Positions 1 through 7,647 of a stretch of 41,125 nt of DNA are shown piece by piece (within the stretch, counting starts at the first letter, position 1; every line of letters starts with the position of its first letter). The notes under the pieces are model-generated. The model had not been told where the DNA came from. It worked only from the letters and a program-made list of their open reading frames with translations, and did no database searches. Source of the DNA: a virus; the IMG/VR virus record IMGVR_UViG_3300045970_001152; one strand, written 5' to 3'. The translations under genes and the position numbers were made by a program.

Positions 1-129
1 GTACTTCTCCTTCGCCGCGGGGCTGAGGGAGTCGAAGTACTTGGCCTCACGGGCCTCCACCTTCTTGGCCTTCTTGCGCTTGGCGGTGCGGAGCATCGTC
101 TTCAGTGAGAACGCGTTGCGGGTCTTCAT
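1..129 (-). CDS. 5' end of a gene running off the window. Basic N-terminus MKTRNAFSLKTMLRTAKRKKAKKVEAREAKYFDSLSPAAKEKY. Hypothetical protein.
   Basis: ATG at 129 on the minus strand. The frame stays open to position 1. Lys/Arg-rich peptide, coding-like codon usage. Confidence 0.35.
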   Translation of the reverse strand, partial: MKTRNAFSLKTMLRTAKRKKAKKVEAREAKYFDSLSPAAKEKY

Positions 130-161
130 GTGTGTTGCCTCCCTTACGGGGTGTGGGGGGA

Positions 162-443
162 CTACAGTCTGCCGTTCAAGAACGGGGCTTCGATGCTGGC
201 CTTGTGGATGCGGTGGTGCAGCGTTGGCTTGTGGCAACGGGCCAACACCTCAGGGACGATGAGCGCAACCTGGTCTCTGCAATCGGGGCAAGAGCGGAAC
301 CGCCGATAGGTGTTGGCTCTCGTGCTGGGCATGACCTCGACAGCGTGGTTGCACACCAACACGTCGAAGTACTTCCTGCCCTGGCGTTCGTTACGCTTGA
401 TGATCTTGCGCCACACCGATGGTGGGCTCTTCTTCTTGGCCAT
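162..443 (-). CDS. Small Cys/His-containing hypothetical protein (MAKKKSPPSVWRK...CPDCRD...). Possible zinc-binding.
   Basis: Internal ATG of ORF 162..731. Its upstream neighbour stops 2 nt before this ATG (TGAGCATGG). The longer N-terminal extension is Arg/Gly-rich and looks like GC artefact. Confidence 0.5.
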   Translation of the reverse strand: MAKKKSPPSVWRKIIKRNERQGRKYFDVLVCNHAVEVMPSTRANTYRRFRSCPDCRDQVALIVPEVLARCHKPTLHHRIHKASIEAPFLNGRL

Positions 444-445
444 GC

Positions 446-778
446 TCACACCAGCCAGACCTTGGGCTTGGGCTTTGTCATCGCCTCGTCGCCACGTATG
501 GCCTCGATGAGCGCCTGCTGCTCTGTCGACACTGCCACGGCCGACTCCAGCGTCTGGAGGATGTGAGCCGTCTGCTCCATCTGCTCGTTGAGGTCCTTGT
601 TGTGGACCTCCGCGATGCCGTGGCCCAAGAGGAAGAGCGCCAAGGCGAGCGCGTACAGGAAGAGCCCAGCCCAGAAGCTCATCGGCGCGATGAAGATGTA
701 CAGCGAGAGCATCACCGCGGCGCGCAGCCACGTCGATGCCTTGATGGAGGCGAAGACCTCCTTGAGGAACTGCTCCAT
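446..778 (-). CDS. Small membrane protein with two predicted TM helices (holin-like topology possible).
   Basis: 110-aa ORF. GGGAGG lies 8 nt upstream of the ATG. Hydrophobic segments LRAAVMLSLYIFIAPMSFWAGLFLYALALALFLLG. Confidence 0.6.
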   Translation of the reverse strand: MEQFLKEVFASIKASTWLRAAVMLSLYIFIAPMSFWAGLFLYALALALFLLGHGIAEVHNKDLNEQMEQTAHILQTLESAVAVSTEQQALIEAIRGDEAMTKPKPKVWLV

Positions 779-813
779 GTGCTGCCTCCCTTTCGGGGTG
801 GTGATGCGGTGGA

Positions 814-1128
814 CTACGTGGCGATGAGCGAGGACAGCTTGGACAGCTTCTTCAGCAGCTTCTCCGCCTTCTTGATTCCCTCCTGCACCGAAGAGCAGTC
901 CGTGATGAGAGTGTCATCCCCGATGTTCCCGGGGACGTAGATGCGGACGTCCCACTGACCGTCGCCCAGGTGGTTGGGCTCGACGGTGACTGCCAGGTCC
1001 CGCACCTCGGCTCCCTCGAGGTCTCGGCCAGAGACGCTCAAGAGCGCATAGGGGTTCGACGTGCCAGACCACTTCCAAGGCTTCTTCAGCTTGGGCAACG
1101 TCTTCAACTCTTCGGGGTCGATGGCCAT
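814..1128 (-). CDS. Hypothetical protein
   Basis: 104-aa ORF with GGGAGG 7 nt upstream of the ATG. Confidence 0.6.
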   Translation of the reverse strand: MAIDPEELKTLPKLKKPWKWSGTSNPYALLSVSGRDLEGAEVRDLAVTVEPNHLGDGQWDVRIYVPGNIGDDTLITDCSSVQEGIKKAEKLLKKLSKLSSLIAT

Positions 1129-1200
1129 GTACAGCCTCCCATTCAGGGGTTGATGAAGAAGTGGCTCGGGGAGGGTGCGGCCCCGAGCCTGGCAGAAGAT

Positions 1201-1317
1201 CTAGCTGTCCTTCTGCCGGAGATACTCACCCAAGAGATGCTTGCTCGCAGTGATGGTGACCAAGCCAAGGACACCGAAAACGATCAACTGCAACGCAGGC
1301 TTCGTGATCATCAACAT
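1201..1317 (-). CDS. Very small membrane peptide (MLMITKPALQLIVFGVLGLVTITASKHLLGEYLRQKDS).
   Basis: 38-aa ORF read from the reverse strand. AAGGGAG lies 9 nt upstream. Single TM helix. Too short for the ORF track. Confidence 0.35.
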   Translation of the reverse strand: MLMITKPALQLIVFGVLGLVTITASKHLLGEYLRQKDS

Positions 1318-1347
1318 CTCTTTGCTCCCTTAGAAGAGCGGGATGCT

Positions 1348-1366
1348 CTTCATATGGCCTTATGCC
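1348..1366 (-). promoter_or_regulatory. Copy 1 of the 19-nt motif GGCATAAGnnCATATGAAG (minus-strand orientation), 35-53 nt upstream of the small ORF start.
   Basis: 17 of 19 positions match the second copy at 2137..2155. It sits between a terminator hairpin and the RBS. Confidence 0.4.
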
Positions 1367-1399
1367 AAAGAGCCGGCTGGTCTTGCTCATGAGGCGTAA

Positions 1400-1419
1400 G
1401 AGGGGAGGCCAGCCCCCTC
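1400..1419 (-). terminator. GC-rich hairpin (GAGGGG..CCCCTC) downstream of gene 1448..1723.
   Basis: Inverted repeat GAGGGGaggccagCCCCCTC about 30 nt after the stop at 1448 on the minus strand. Confidence 0.35.
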
Positions 1420-1447
1420 ACAGCTTTGGCCCGGTGCTGCGTCAGGC

Positions 1448-1723
1448 TTACTCGGTGTCGGGCTGCATGTAGTAGGTGGAGCCCTCCAGGAGGAGCAGCT
1501 CCTGTGCCTGGCACCACTCGATGAGCTGAAGCCTCTCCTGGGGCTTCAGGATGACGGTGACGTGGACCGGGCTGGGCCCCACGCACATGGTGACGATGTC
1601 TGGTGCCCCGCCTGGCAGCGATAGCATCAGGATGGGCTTGGGCATGATGAGGCACTTCTCTAGCGCGTAGATGAGCCAGAGCTGGAACGTGCTCAACGTG
1701 TAGAAGGTGAGGCGCTGGTACAT
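1448..1723 (-). CDS. Hypothetical protein
   Basis: 91-aa ORF. AGGAAGGGG upstream of the ATG. Codon usage fits the neighbouring genes. Confidence 0.55.
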   Translation of the reverse strand: MYQRLTFYTLSTFQLWLIYALEKCLIMPKPILMLSLPGGAPDIVTMCVGPSPVHVTVILKPQERLQLIEWCQAQELLLLEGSTYYMQPDTE

Positions 1724-1735
1724 GGTGGCCCCTTC

Positions 1736-2083
1736 CTATTCGAACTGGATGCGCTTCCAGTTGAAGTTGAAGACCTCGAGCACCCGGCGGCGCCAGGCAT
1801 ACTCCTTCTCGCTGTCGTAGACCCAGTCTCCGGGCCTGTGGGACTTCTTGTTGACGCACAAGACGTTCAGGCGAGGAAGCCCGTGCGAGAGGCAGTAGTC
1901 CTCGATCTCCTTCAGCACCCAGCTGGCAGCCAGGCCGTCGTTGCCGTTCTTCAGGACCTCTTCGCAGAGCTCCCCGTACGTCCCGGTGCGGAAATCACTC
2001 ACCCAGACGTTGATGATGTACTTCATGACCTCGAACGTGCCGGTGTACTTGTCGAGGTCGGTCTTCTTGATGATGAGCGCCAT
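1736..2083 (-). CDS. Hypothetical protein (MALIIKKTDLDKYTG...). The alternative start at 2227 would place the 19-nt motif inside the gene.
   Basis: Internal Met 49 of ORF 1736..2227. GAGAAGG upstream. The 19-nt conserved motif lies 62-80 nt upstream. Confidence 0.5.
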   Translation of the reverse strand: MALIIKKTDLDKYTGTFEVMKYIINVWVSDFRTGTYGELCEEVLKNGNDGLAASWVLKEIEDYCLSHGLPRLNVLCVNKKSHRPGDWVYDSEKEYAWRRRVLEVFNFNWKRIQFE

Positions 2084-2136
2084 GTGGCTCGATGCCTTCT
2101 CTGGCTGGTTGCCAGGAACAGAAGACCGAAAATGGC

Positions 2137-2155
2137 CTTCATATGCTCTTATGCC
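2137..2155 (-). promoter_or_regulatory. Copy 2 of the motif GGCATAAGnnCATATGAAG upstream of gene 1736..2083.
   Basis: 17 of 19 nt identical to the copy at 1348..1366, same orientation, same upstream placement. Confidence 0.4.
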
Positions 2156-2229
2156 GAGCTCCCAGCTGGAATGGCTGTTCTCTTCTTCATTCGGGCGCAC
2201 AGTAAGGCTGGATGCGATGGCACTCACCC

Positions 2230-2868
2230 TCGACCAAGCTACAGCGTAGATAGGGAGAGGGTGATAGGCACATGGCAGCAGGCTGCACGCATTAGCATCC
2301 TCGGGACTGTAGTACGCGTAACGGCACCCGCGAGAGCCTCATGATGAGGGGAGAGCAGGCTTGCTGAGCCGCACAGCTGGGCCAACCGATACCCCTCTGA
2401 GGTACATGCGACGTTTGCAGACCAACCAGGGCTGTTCGGCTCTCTCCATATGCTGCGCTGGGCCCGAAGGGAGACAGCACAGCCCTCTTGCTGGCGCCAA
2501 GAGCATGAAGAGCGCACTCATGAGCTGGTTGAAGAGCGTCTTCATCAGCTGGCGCCCAAGAAGACGACTGGGATGGCCTCATGCTCTCGCCTATCGCTAG
2601 GGCTATCGACTCGAGCTGCCACCGGGATGGAGGGGGGACAGTGGTTACCTAGTTCTGGGCCCCCTTTACAAACGGAGGGGGTGGGGGGGATGGCACCGGC
2701 TGAAAGTTTTGGGGGTGGCTGGTGATTCGGGTACCCGCTGAGGGATGGAATGCGTGCAGTCTGACCGGTAAGTGTTCGGTTGAACCTGTTCGGTGTCCCC
2801 CGAACGCACAGAAAGGTGTGTGATATGGCCTACACGCTCTTGGCCCGGCGTATGCTCCACGAGTCGTC
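2230..2868. promoter_or_regulatory. About 640 bp non-coding divergent control region with several inverted and direct repeats.
   Basis: No convincing ORF with an RBS. Direct repeat GAAGAGCG x2 around the palindrome CTCATGAG (about 2500-2550). Hairpins GTTCGGtgtcccCCGAAC and CCCCCT..AGGGGG. Direct repeats GAcTCGACATG / GAtTCGACATG plus GAGTCGtcatgCGACTC at 2860-2915. Minus-strand genes lie to the left, plus-strand genes start on the right. Confidence 0.45.
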
Positions 2869-3105
2869 ATGCGACTCGACATGCACGTCTTCATGACCGA
2901 CGATTCGACATGGTGTGCCCGGGTTGGGTCAGGGCCTACCATCTTCGCCAAGACCCCGGAGCAGGCCCAGGCGGCTGCCCTGATGGCGTACCGGGCCAGG
3001 GCGCTCTTCTCCTCGCTGCTGGGCCGGGAGCCCACCGACAGGGAGCTGCGGCGCCTGCGCAGGCCGGTGGGTGCCAAGGACCTGCGGGTGGTCTGGACGC
3101 AGTAG
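2869..3105 (+). CDS. Small hypothetical protein. First gene of a plus-strand pair leaving the control region.
   Basis: 78-aa ORF. The start region overlaps the CATG-containing repeats. The true start may be the downstream Met (MTDDSTW). Confidence 0.4.
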   Translation: MRLDMHVFMTDDSTWCARVGSGPTIFAKTPEQAQAAALMAYRARALFSSLLGREPTDRELRRLRRPVGAKDLRVVWTQ

Positions 3106-3130
3106 CTGGTCCCCGGGTAGTCTCCTGGGC

Positions 3131-3454
3131 ATGCGCTCCCAAGAAGACGACGAGCTCCCAGGCGGCCTTGTGGCTGTCCCTGAAGACTTGACGGTCGAGA
3201 TGCCTGGGGAAGGCCTGCCAGTCCTCGTCTGGGGCGAGCTGGGGCCCGCAGGATGGCTCGTGGCGGACCCCCCTCCGGCGCCGCGGTACCAGATCCGCTT
3301 CTCCAAGGTGGAGCCGGGCTACTTCATGACGGAGAGCCAGACGGTCGAGCCCTACCCGGACCTCCTCGCCAGCATCTGCGCGAACTCGGTCAAGGACCTC
3401 GCCATGGACGAAGACGCGCGCTTCCTGGCCATGCTCGGCCCCCTGCTCTCTTGA
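3131..3454 (+). CDS. Hypothetical protein (MRSQEDDELPGGLVAVPEDL...).
   Basis: Internal Met 21 of ORF 3071..3454. The gene ends with TGA directly followed by GGGCTAAGAAG. Confidence 0.45.
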   Translation: MRSQEDDELPGGLVAVPEDLTVEMPGEGLPVLVWGELGPAGWLVADPPPAPRYQIRFSKVEPGYFMTESQTVEPYPDLLASICANSVKDLAMDEDARFLAMLGPLLS

Positions 3455-3455
3455 G

Positions 3456-3465
3456 GGCTAAGAAG
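3456..3465. repeat. GGCTAAGAAG motif, copy 1, abutting the TGA stop of gene 3131..3454.
   Basis: Recurs at 3514..3523, at 4292..4301, and as GGGCTAAGGAA at 28110. Confidence 0.5.
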
Positions 3466-3513
3466 ATGGAGTTGCTCATCCCCACCTACACCTACAGGTT
3501 TTGCGGGCGTGGG

Positions 3514-3547
3514 GGCTAAGAAGCGGGGCCTGTACAAGCGCCCCGCT
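3514..3547. terminator. GGCTAAGAAG motif fused to hairpin AGCGGGGC-ctgtacaa-GCCCCGCT. Bidirectional terminator between convergent genes.
   Basis: Perfect 8-bp stem at 3522..3529 / 3540..3547. It lies between the + gene ending at 3454 and the - gene ending at 3571. On the minus strand the hairpin is followed by CTTCTTAGCC. Confidence 0.55.
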
Positions 3548-3570
3548 CCTACCCGACCTGCTGGCCGGTC

Positions 3571-4197
3571 CTAGCCGTTCTTCTCGATGCGCGAGCTCTT
3601 CGGCTTCTCCCCGAGGATCTCGGCCATCCGCGCCTCGTGCTCTTCCTTGCGCATCTTGGCGTCGGCCTCGTAGCCCGCGCGGCGGACCTTCTCGGTCTCG
3701 ACCCGCTCGAGCTCCAGCTTGGTGTTCAGCTTCTCGGTCTCGAGCCGCTGAGCCTCGGTCGCCGCGTACATCTTGGTGGTGGCCTCCGAGTCCTTGATGG
3801 CGTGGATGACCAGGGCGTTGATGTCGACCTTGTCCACGACCTTCCCGAGGATCTCGAAGGTGCCGTTGATGACGAGGGTCGTGATCTTCTCGTCGCTGGC
3901 GTTGACCACCTTGGCGAACTCGATGGTCGCCAGCTCGATCTTCTCCTCGGTGACCTGGATGAGCTTCGCCAGCTCGGGGTTCAGCTCGACCAGCTTGAGC
4001 TGGAAGTCCCGGAGGGACTTGCCCGTCTCGCAGGCCTTCTCGACCGCGAACCGGATGAAGCCGTCGAGCATCGACACGCCCGTCATCACGGCGGCGCGGT
4101 TCTTGTCCGCCTCGACGACGGCCGCGGCGCGGGCCTCGGCTTCGGGGTTGGGCTGCGGGGCCGCGACGGGGGACTCGTTCTTCTTCACGTTCTTCAT
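3571..4197 (-). CDS. Lys/Glu-rich coiled-coil protein (possible structural or scaffold-like). No specific family recognised.
   Basis: 208-aa ORF. AGGAGG lies 5 nt upstream of the ATG. Low-complexity acidic/basic helical composition. An antisense 246-aa Arg-rich ORF is an artefact. Confidence 0.8.
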   Translation of the reverse strand: MKNVKKNESPVAAPQPNPEAEARAAAVVEADKNRAAVMTGVSMLDGFIRFAVEKACETGKSLRDFQLKLVELNPELAKLIQVTEEKIELATIEFAKVVNASDEKITTLVINGTFEILGKVVDKVDINALVIHAIKDSEATTKMYAATEAQRLETEKLNTKLELERVETEKVRRAGYEADAKMRKEEHEARMAEILGEKPKSSRIEKNG

Positions 4198-4291
4198 GTA
4201 GCCTCCTGGGAATCAAACCCGGGGTATGTCAAGGGCGTTTCCTCCCTAGATAAGACCTTCTCCCTACACTCAGAGCGGAATTGCTCCTAAA

Positions 4292-4320
4292 GGCTAAGAA
4301 GAGGGGGTGTTACCCCCCTC
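4292..4320 (-). terminator. GGCTAAGAAG motif fused to hairpin GAGGGGG-tgttac-CCCCCTC downstream of gene 4348..4632.
   Basis: 7-bp GC stem at 4301..4307 / 4314..4320. On the minus strand the hairpin is followed by TTCTTAGCCTTT. Confidence 0.5.
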
Positions 4321-4347
4321 GACTCCCTGCCCGACCGCGCCAGACGT

Positions 4348-4632
4348 CTACTTGGTGGCGCGGTCAGCGGCCCGATAGCCCAGAGTCCCCAGAACTGCGA
4401 CGGGAATCAGGAACGGGATGGAGATGGCAGTGCCCATGACTGCGAGGCCCATGTTCCCCACCTTCAGGCCCGTGAAGGCGCCAGCCAGGGCACCTGCAAC
4501 CCTGGCTCCCCTGTGCTTGCGGGCCTTCTTGTCTTGTTCGTGCGACGCGAGCACGGCGACGACGACCCAGTGGAGTCCACAGACCCCTCTGGTCGTCGCC
4601 TCGTGCTCACAGCCACTGCTGACACACTTCAT
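4348..4632 (-). CDS. Small protein with an N-terminal Cys cluster (CVSSGCEHEATTRGVCGLH) and a C-terminal glycine-zipper TM segment.
   Basis: 94-aa ORF. AGGAAAGGAG upstream of the ATG. Confidence 0.6.
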   Translation of the reverse strand: MKCVSSGCEHEATTRGVCGLHWVVVAVLASHEQDKKARKHRGARVAGALAGAFTGLKVGNMGLAVMGTAISIPFLIPVAVLGTLGYRAADRATK

Positions 4633-4647
4633 ACGTCTCCTTTCCTG

Positions 4648-4806
4648 CTACTGCGTGGGTCCCCAGCGCTCTTCGCGCTCCTGGGGGGTGAGACGGCGGT
4701 TCTGCGGCTCCTTGGAGGCTTCCCAGATGCGGATGCCCTGGATGACGAGGTCGCAGATGAAGAAGAACAGCAGGACGCCTCCCAAGAGGAGGAAGTAGGG
4801 CAGCAT
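4648..4806 (-). CDS. Small single-pass membrane peptide (MLPYFLLLGGVLLFFFICDLVIQGIRIW...).
   Basis: 52-aa ORF read from the reverse strand. Its ATG is 1 nt after the stop of gene 4807..5148. Below the ORF-track length cutoff. Confidence 0.35.
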   Translation of the reverse strand: MLPYFLLLGGVLLFFFICDLVIQGIRIWEASKEPQNRRLTPQEREERWGPTQ

Positions 4807-5148
4807 CTAGATCTCCTGAGCCATCGAAGCGTTGAGGCGTTCGTTGCAGGCGACGCCGATGCAGTAGACCGGGCCGAACGAGCCTTCGTCCGGATCCCTG
4901 GTGTACCGCGTGGCGGGCTCCTTCTCGCACCACTCGCAGGGCCCCAGCTCCTCTTCCTTTTCCTGGAGCTTGTTGTTGCAGGGCGTGCAGAGAGCGAGCT
5001 GCTCGAAGCCGAAGCTGTCGGTCTCGCCCTGCACGACGGTGGTGGCGGGAACGCCCTCAGTTCCCGCGGAGTCACAGAACTCGCAGGTTTCGCCTTCCTT
5101 GGCGTTCCTGATGAAGCGGCCGGGTAGCCCGGCGCCAGCGTAGGCCAT
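4807..5148 (-). CDS. Cys-rich hypothetical protein (CEFC...CTPC...CEWC...) with probable zinc-ribbon pairs.
   Basis: 113-aa ORF. AAGGAG lies 6 nt upstream of the ATG. Confidence 0.65.
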   Translation of the reverse strand: MAYAGAGLPGRFIRNAKEGETCEFCDSAGTEGVPATTVVQGETDSFGFEQLALCTPCNNKLQEKEEELGPCEWCEKEPATRYTRDPDEGSFGPVYCIGVACNERLNASMAQEI

Positions 5149-5171
5149 GACGTCTCCTTTTGACCTTGCGG

Positions 5172-6182
5172 TCAGGGTGGAGGGGCAAAGAACCCCTCAA
5201 CAAGACCTTCTCCCACAGTGTGGGTCGGTTTTGCCGTCCCAGCAGGGGGAATACCGTAGACGGCGTTAGGGTCGCCCTTCTTCCCGATGCGTCGCACCGC
5301 GCCGATGGCGATGAGGTCCCGGTAGACCATGGCGTCCGTGGCATCGCCTCCTGGGTAGATGCATGGCCACTTCTCCCGGATGGTGCGGCCGCTGATGGGG
5401 AGAGATGCGCGCAGGCGGGCCAGGCGGACAGCGGGGAGGTGAGAAGCACCGCACTGGGTGCAGATGTCCTCGATGCTGACCAGGCTGCGCATGTGCTCGA
5501 CCAGCTCCTTCAGCTTCTTGGCAGTGGAGAGCCGGATGAACTTCTTCCCCATCTGGAGCGACCTGCCGTTGTTCCCCAGCTCCTTCGAGATCTCGCCGCG
5601 GGTCATCTGGTGGCGCTTCAGGAGCTCCTTCACGATCTGCCAGCTCTCGGTGGCGTCCACCCGGGACCCCTCGGCCAGGGCCGTGGGCCTCACCGAGAGG
5701 ATCTTGCGCTCCGTCTCCGGAGTCACCCACTTCTTGCCCCGTCGCAGCTCTTGCAGCGCGCTCTTCGACAGGCCAGTGGCTTTCCTGACGGCGCCCACCC
5801 CGACCCCTGCCTTCGAGAGCGCATCGAGATGCTCCAGGCACTCCTTCGAGGAATGGAGCGTGTGGGTGGTGATGATGTGGTCCCGACAGTTGCCACAGAT
5901 GCCGGCCTTCGAGTCCTTCCGAAGATGTGAGCGCGTCGGGCACCCTCTCTTCGTCAGTCCGGGGCACGCCTGCTTGTAGAAGCGCACCTCCTTGAATCCG
6001 TCGACGGTGGTCCACGTCTGCGGAGCCCACTTCTTCGTCTCCGTCACCACCTTGGCCGCCAGGGCGATGCTTCGGTTCTTCCGAGAGTGGTAGTAGACCC
6101 GATTTGCCTCACGACACTTCGTGCAGCGGCACTTCTCACCCACGTACATGGCGCGGGTGCCATGCTCACGCAGGGCCTTCAT
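5172..6182 (-). CDS. Putative DNA-binding regulator. N-terminal Cys-rich zinc-ribbon region plus two helix-turn-helix-like segments.
   Basis: 336-aa ORF. GAGGAA upstream of the ATG. HTH-like stretches GAVRKATGLSKSALQELRRG and TRGEISKELGNNGRSLQMG. Own 270-bp upstream intergenic region. Confidence 0.6.
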   Translation of the reverse strand: MKALREHGTRAMYVGEKCRCTKCREANRVYYHSRKNRSIALAAKVVTETKKWAPQTWTTVDGFKEVRFYKQACPGLTKRGCPTRSHLRKDSKAGICGNCRDHIITTHTLHSSKECLEHLDALSKAGVGVGAVRKATGLSKSALQELRRGKKWVTPETERKILSVRPTALAEGSRVDATESWQIVKELLKRHQMTRGEISKELGNNGRSLQMGKKFIRLSTAKKLKELVEHMRSLVSIEDICTQCGASHLPAVRLARLRASLPISGRTIREKWPCIYPGGDATDAMVYRDLIAIGAVRRIGKKGDPNAVYGIPPAGTAKPTHTVGEGLVEGFFAPPP

Positions 6183-6407
6183 CTGGTCGTTTCCTCAGGG
6201 AATGGGTGTGATTGTTGCGCTCTTCAGCGCGATGCGCTACGTGGAATGGGTGACCGAGTGCGGATACCGAGCTGCCGCCACCTGCCGGATGTCCGGCTTG
6301 CATCATCTGGACTTTGCCACCGGGGCCTGTGAGTCCTGTGGCGTTCAGCTCTTGGCCCCCGGCGCCGGCTCCTCCCGCGCGCTTGAAGGGGCTGGGACGA
6401 AGGCAGA

Positions 6408-6444
6408 GGGAGGGGGAGTCGTCGGTGGGTCGGCTCCCCCTCCC
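6408..6444 (-). terminator. Strong hairpin with an 11-bp stem GGGAGGGGGAG / CTCCCCCTCCC, downstream of gene 6453..6662.
   Basis: Perfect inverted repeat with a 15-nt loop, directly after the stop at 6453 on the minus strand. Confidence 0.5.
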
Positions 6445-6452
6445 CGCCGGGT

Positions 6453-6662
6453 CTAGAAGCCCTCGAAGCCGCTGAGGGTACCCGCGGAGCGGCTTCTTCG
6501 AGTGCGCTTCTCCTGGATCTTCCTCTTCGTCTCTTCAGACGCCGGTGGGTGCACCCGCTTCGGGGTAGGTGCACACCGCAGGCACGTCTTGCCCTCCTTC
6601 ATCACCCGCATGTTGCACCCCGGCTTGATGCACCGGGGCCACTCCTTTCGTCCGCCGGCCAT
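6453..6662 (-). CDS. Small zinc-ribbon protein (CIKPGC...CLRC).
   Basis: 69-aa ORF, two CxxC pairs, basic C-terminus. Confidence 0.5.
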   Translation of the reverse strand: MAGGRKEWPRCIKPGCNMRVMKEGKTCLRCAPTPKRVHPPASEETKRKIQEKRTRRSRSAGTLSGFEGF

Positions 6663-6937
6663 CAGGGCAGGTCCAGCTCATCGAAGAGCTCTGCCACCGT
6701 CTGCTCGCGCCCATCCGCGAAGCCGACGATGAACCCGATGTGGTACATCGCCCGGCCGAGCGTCGGGCCTGTGAGCTTCTCAGAGAGCTTGAGGGCCTCC
6801 TCCTCGAAGTCGTTGATGAAGTCGAGGGCGATGTCGTAGCCGAACTTCCCCATGGCTACGTCCAGCTCCTCGATGTGCTCCTTGATGTTCTGCTTCGATG
6901 TGACGTCGCTCAGATGAGTCCCTCTTTCTCGGCCCAC
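6662..6937 (-). CDS. Hypothetical protein. The start may instead be the internal Met at 6853.
   Basis: 91-aa ORF. The N-terminal 28 nt overlap the end of gene 6910..7113. GAGGAG precedes the internal ATG at 6853. Confidence 0.45.
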   Translation of the reverse strand: MGRERGTHLSDVTSKQNIKEHIEELDVAMGKFGYDIALDFINDFEEEALKLSEKLTGPTLGRAMYHIGFIVGFADGREQTVAELFDELDLP

Positions 6938-7113
6938 CAGTACTTCACGATGAGCGTCCCGTTGCCGTTCTCTTCAGAGTAGACCTCCGACTGGTCGAGG
7001 ATGACCGACTTCGGAATCCACGTTTCCTCGCCTTCGATGTTCACGAGGATCGCCTTGTCCGTCTCCCTCAGGACCTTGTCGACCTCGAAGTGAGCTTCAG
7101 TGTCAGAGCCCAT
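6910..7113 (-). CDS. Small acidic hypothetical protein
   Basis: 67-aa ORF. GGAGGA lies 7 nt upstream of the ATG. Confidence 0.6.
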   Translation of the reverse strand: MGSDTEAHFEVDKVLRETDKAILVNIEGEETWIPKSVILDQSEVYSEENGNGTLIVKYWWAEKEGLI

Positions 7114-7453
7114 GCTTGTTCCTCCACTCCCGGAGCAGGTCCATGTGCCCCTCGAGTTCCATCACCTTGCTGGCGTAACGGTCCTCGTTGATCCTCTTCG
7201 CCTCGAGCTTCCTCTTCTCGCAGTTGTCGACGGCAGCCGCGGGGCTGAGCTCGAGCTTGGACAGGGTGTTGCCCATGTTCCGATAGGCGCCAGAGATACG
7301 GCTGCGGTCGCTCTTCAGCTCGAAGAACGTCTTGCCAGCCTTGGTGACCGTGTACTTCTCGACCACGATCTGGTCATTGACCTCACGGTGGCCGATATCC
7401 ATCACCCTGGCCAGATAGACCACCATGCCGAGGGTCAGGTCTTCTTGCTTCAC
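7103..7453 (-). CDS. Hypothetical protein with a GTG start (VKQEDLTLGMVVYLARVMDIGH...).
   Basis: GTG overlaps the TGA of the upstream gene (AAGTGAAG). AGAGGAGAG lies 5 nt upstream. The longer Arg-rich N-terminal extension of ORF 7103..7627 is rejected. Confidence 0.5.
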   Translation of the reverse strand: MKQEDLTLGMVVYLARVMDIGHREVNDQIVVEKYTVTKAGKTFFELKSDRSRISGAYRNMGNTLSKLELSPAAAVDNCEKRKLEAKRINEDRYASKVMELEGHMDLLREWRNKHGL

Positions 7454-7647
7454 TTGCTCTCCTCTTTCGGGAGGCCCACGTCGTAGACGATGACGCCGGC
7501 GAAGGCGACGACCTCCTCGGCGTAGTGCTTGTCGGGGCAGCCGAAGGACGGGTTGAGGAAGAGGCCAGTGAACCCCTTCTTCATCGACTGATTGCAGTAG
7601 GGGCAGCGCATCCGCCAGATGCGCCACTTCTTCTTGAACCAGTTCAC
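7450..7647 (-). CDS. Small zinc-ribbon protein (CPYC...GCPDKH).
   Basis: 65-aa ORF. ATGA overlap with gene 7644..8123. Confidence 0.5.
   Translation of the reverse strand: MNWFKKKWRIWRMRCPYCNQSMKKGFTGLFLNPSFGCPDKHYAEEVVAFAGVIVYDVGLPKEESK

Noticed and set aside
2339-2545. 68-aa minus ORF starting MKTLFNQLMSALFMLLAPA (signal-peptide-like)
   Set aside because: No Shine-Dalgarno site. It lies across the palindromic repeats of the non-coding control region. The hydrophobic start is probably a by-product of the repeats.
2580-2800. Possible tRNA in the long non-coding region
   Set aside because: No acceptor / T-arm (GGTTCGAATCC-like) cloverleaf could be assembled by eye. Only simple hairpins are present.
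4217-4255. TTGACA hexamer upstream of gene 3571..4197 as a sigma70 -35
   Set aside because: No acceptable -10 element at 16-18 nt spacing. The downstream sequence runs straight into the RBS.
3476-4290. 246-aa minus ORF and 217-aa plus ORF overlapping gene 3571..4197
   Set aside because: Alternative frames of the same region with extreme Arg/Gly or Leu/Asp composition. The 208-aa ORF has a perfect AGGAGG RBS and protein-like composition.
5266-6030. 254-aa minus ORF and 256-aa plus ORF inside the regulator gene region
   Set aside because: Overlapping frames of gene 5172..6182 with His/Arg/Gly-rich artefact composition.
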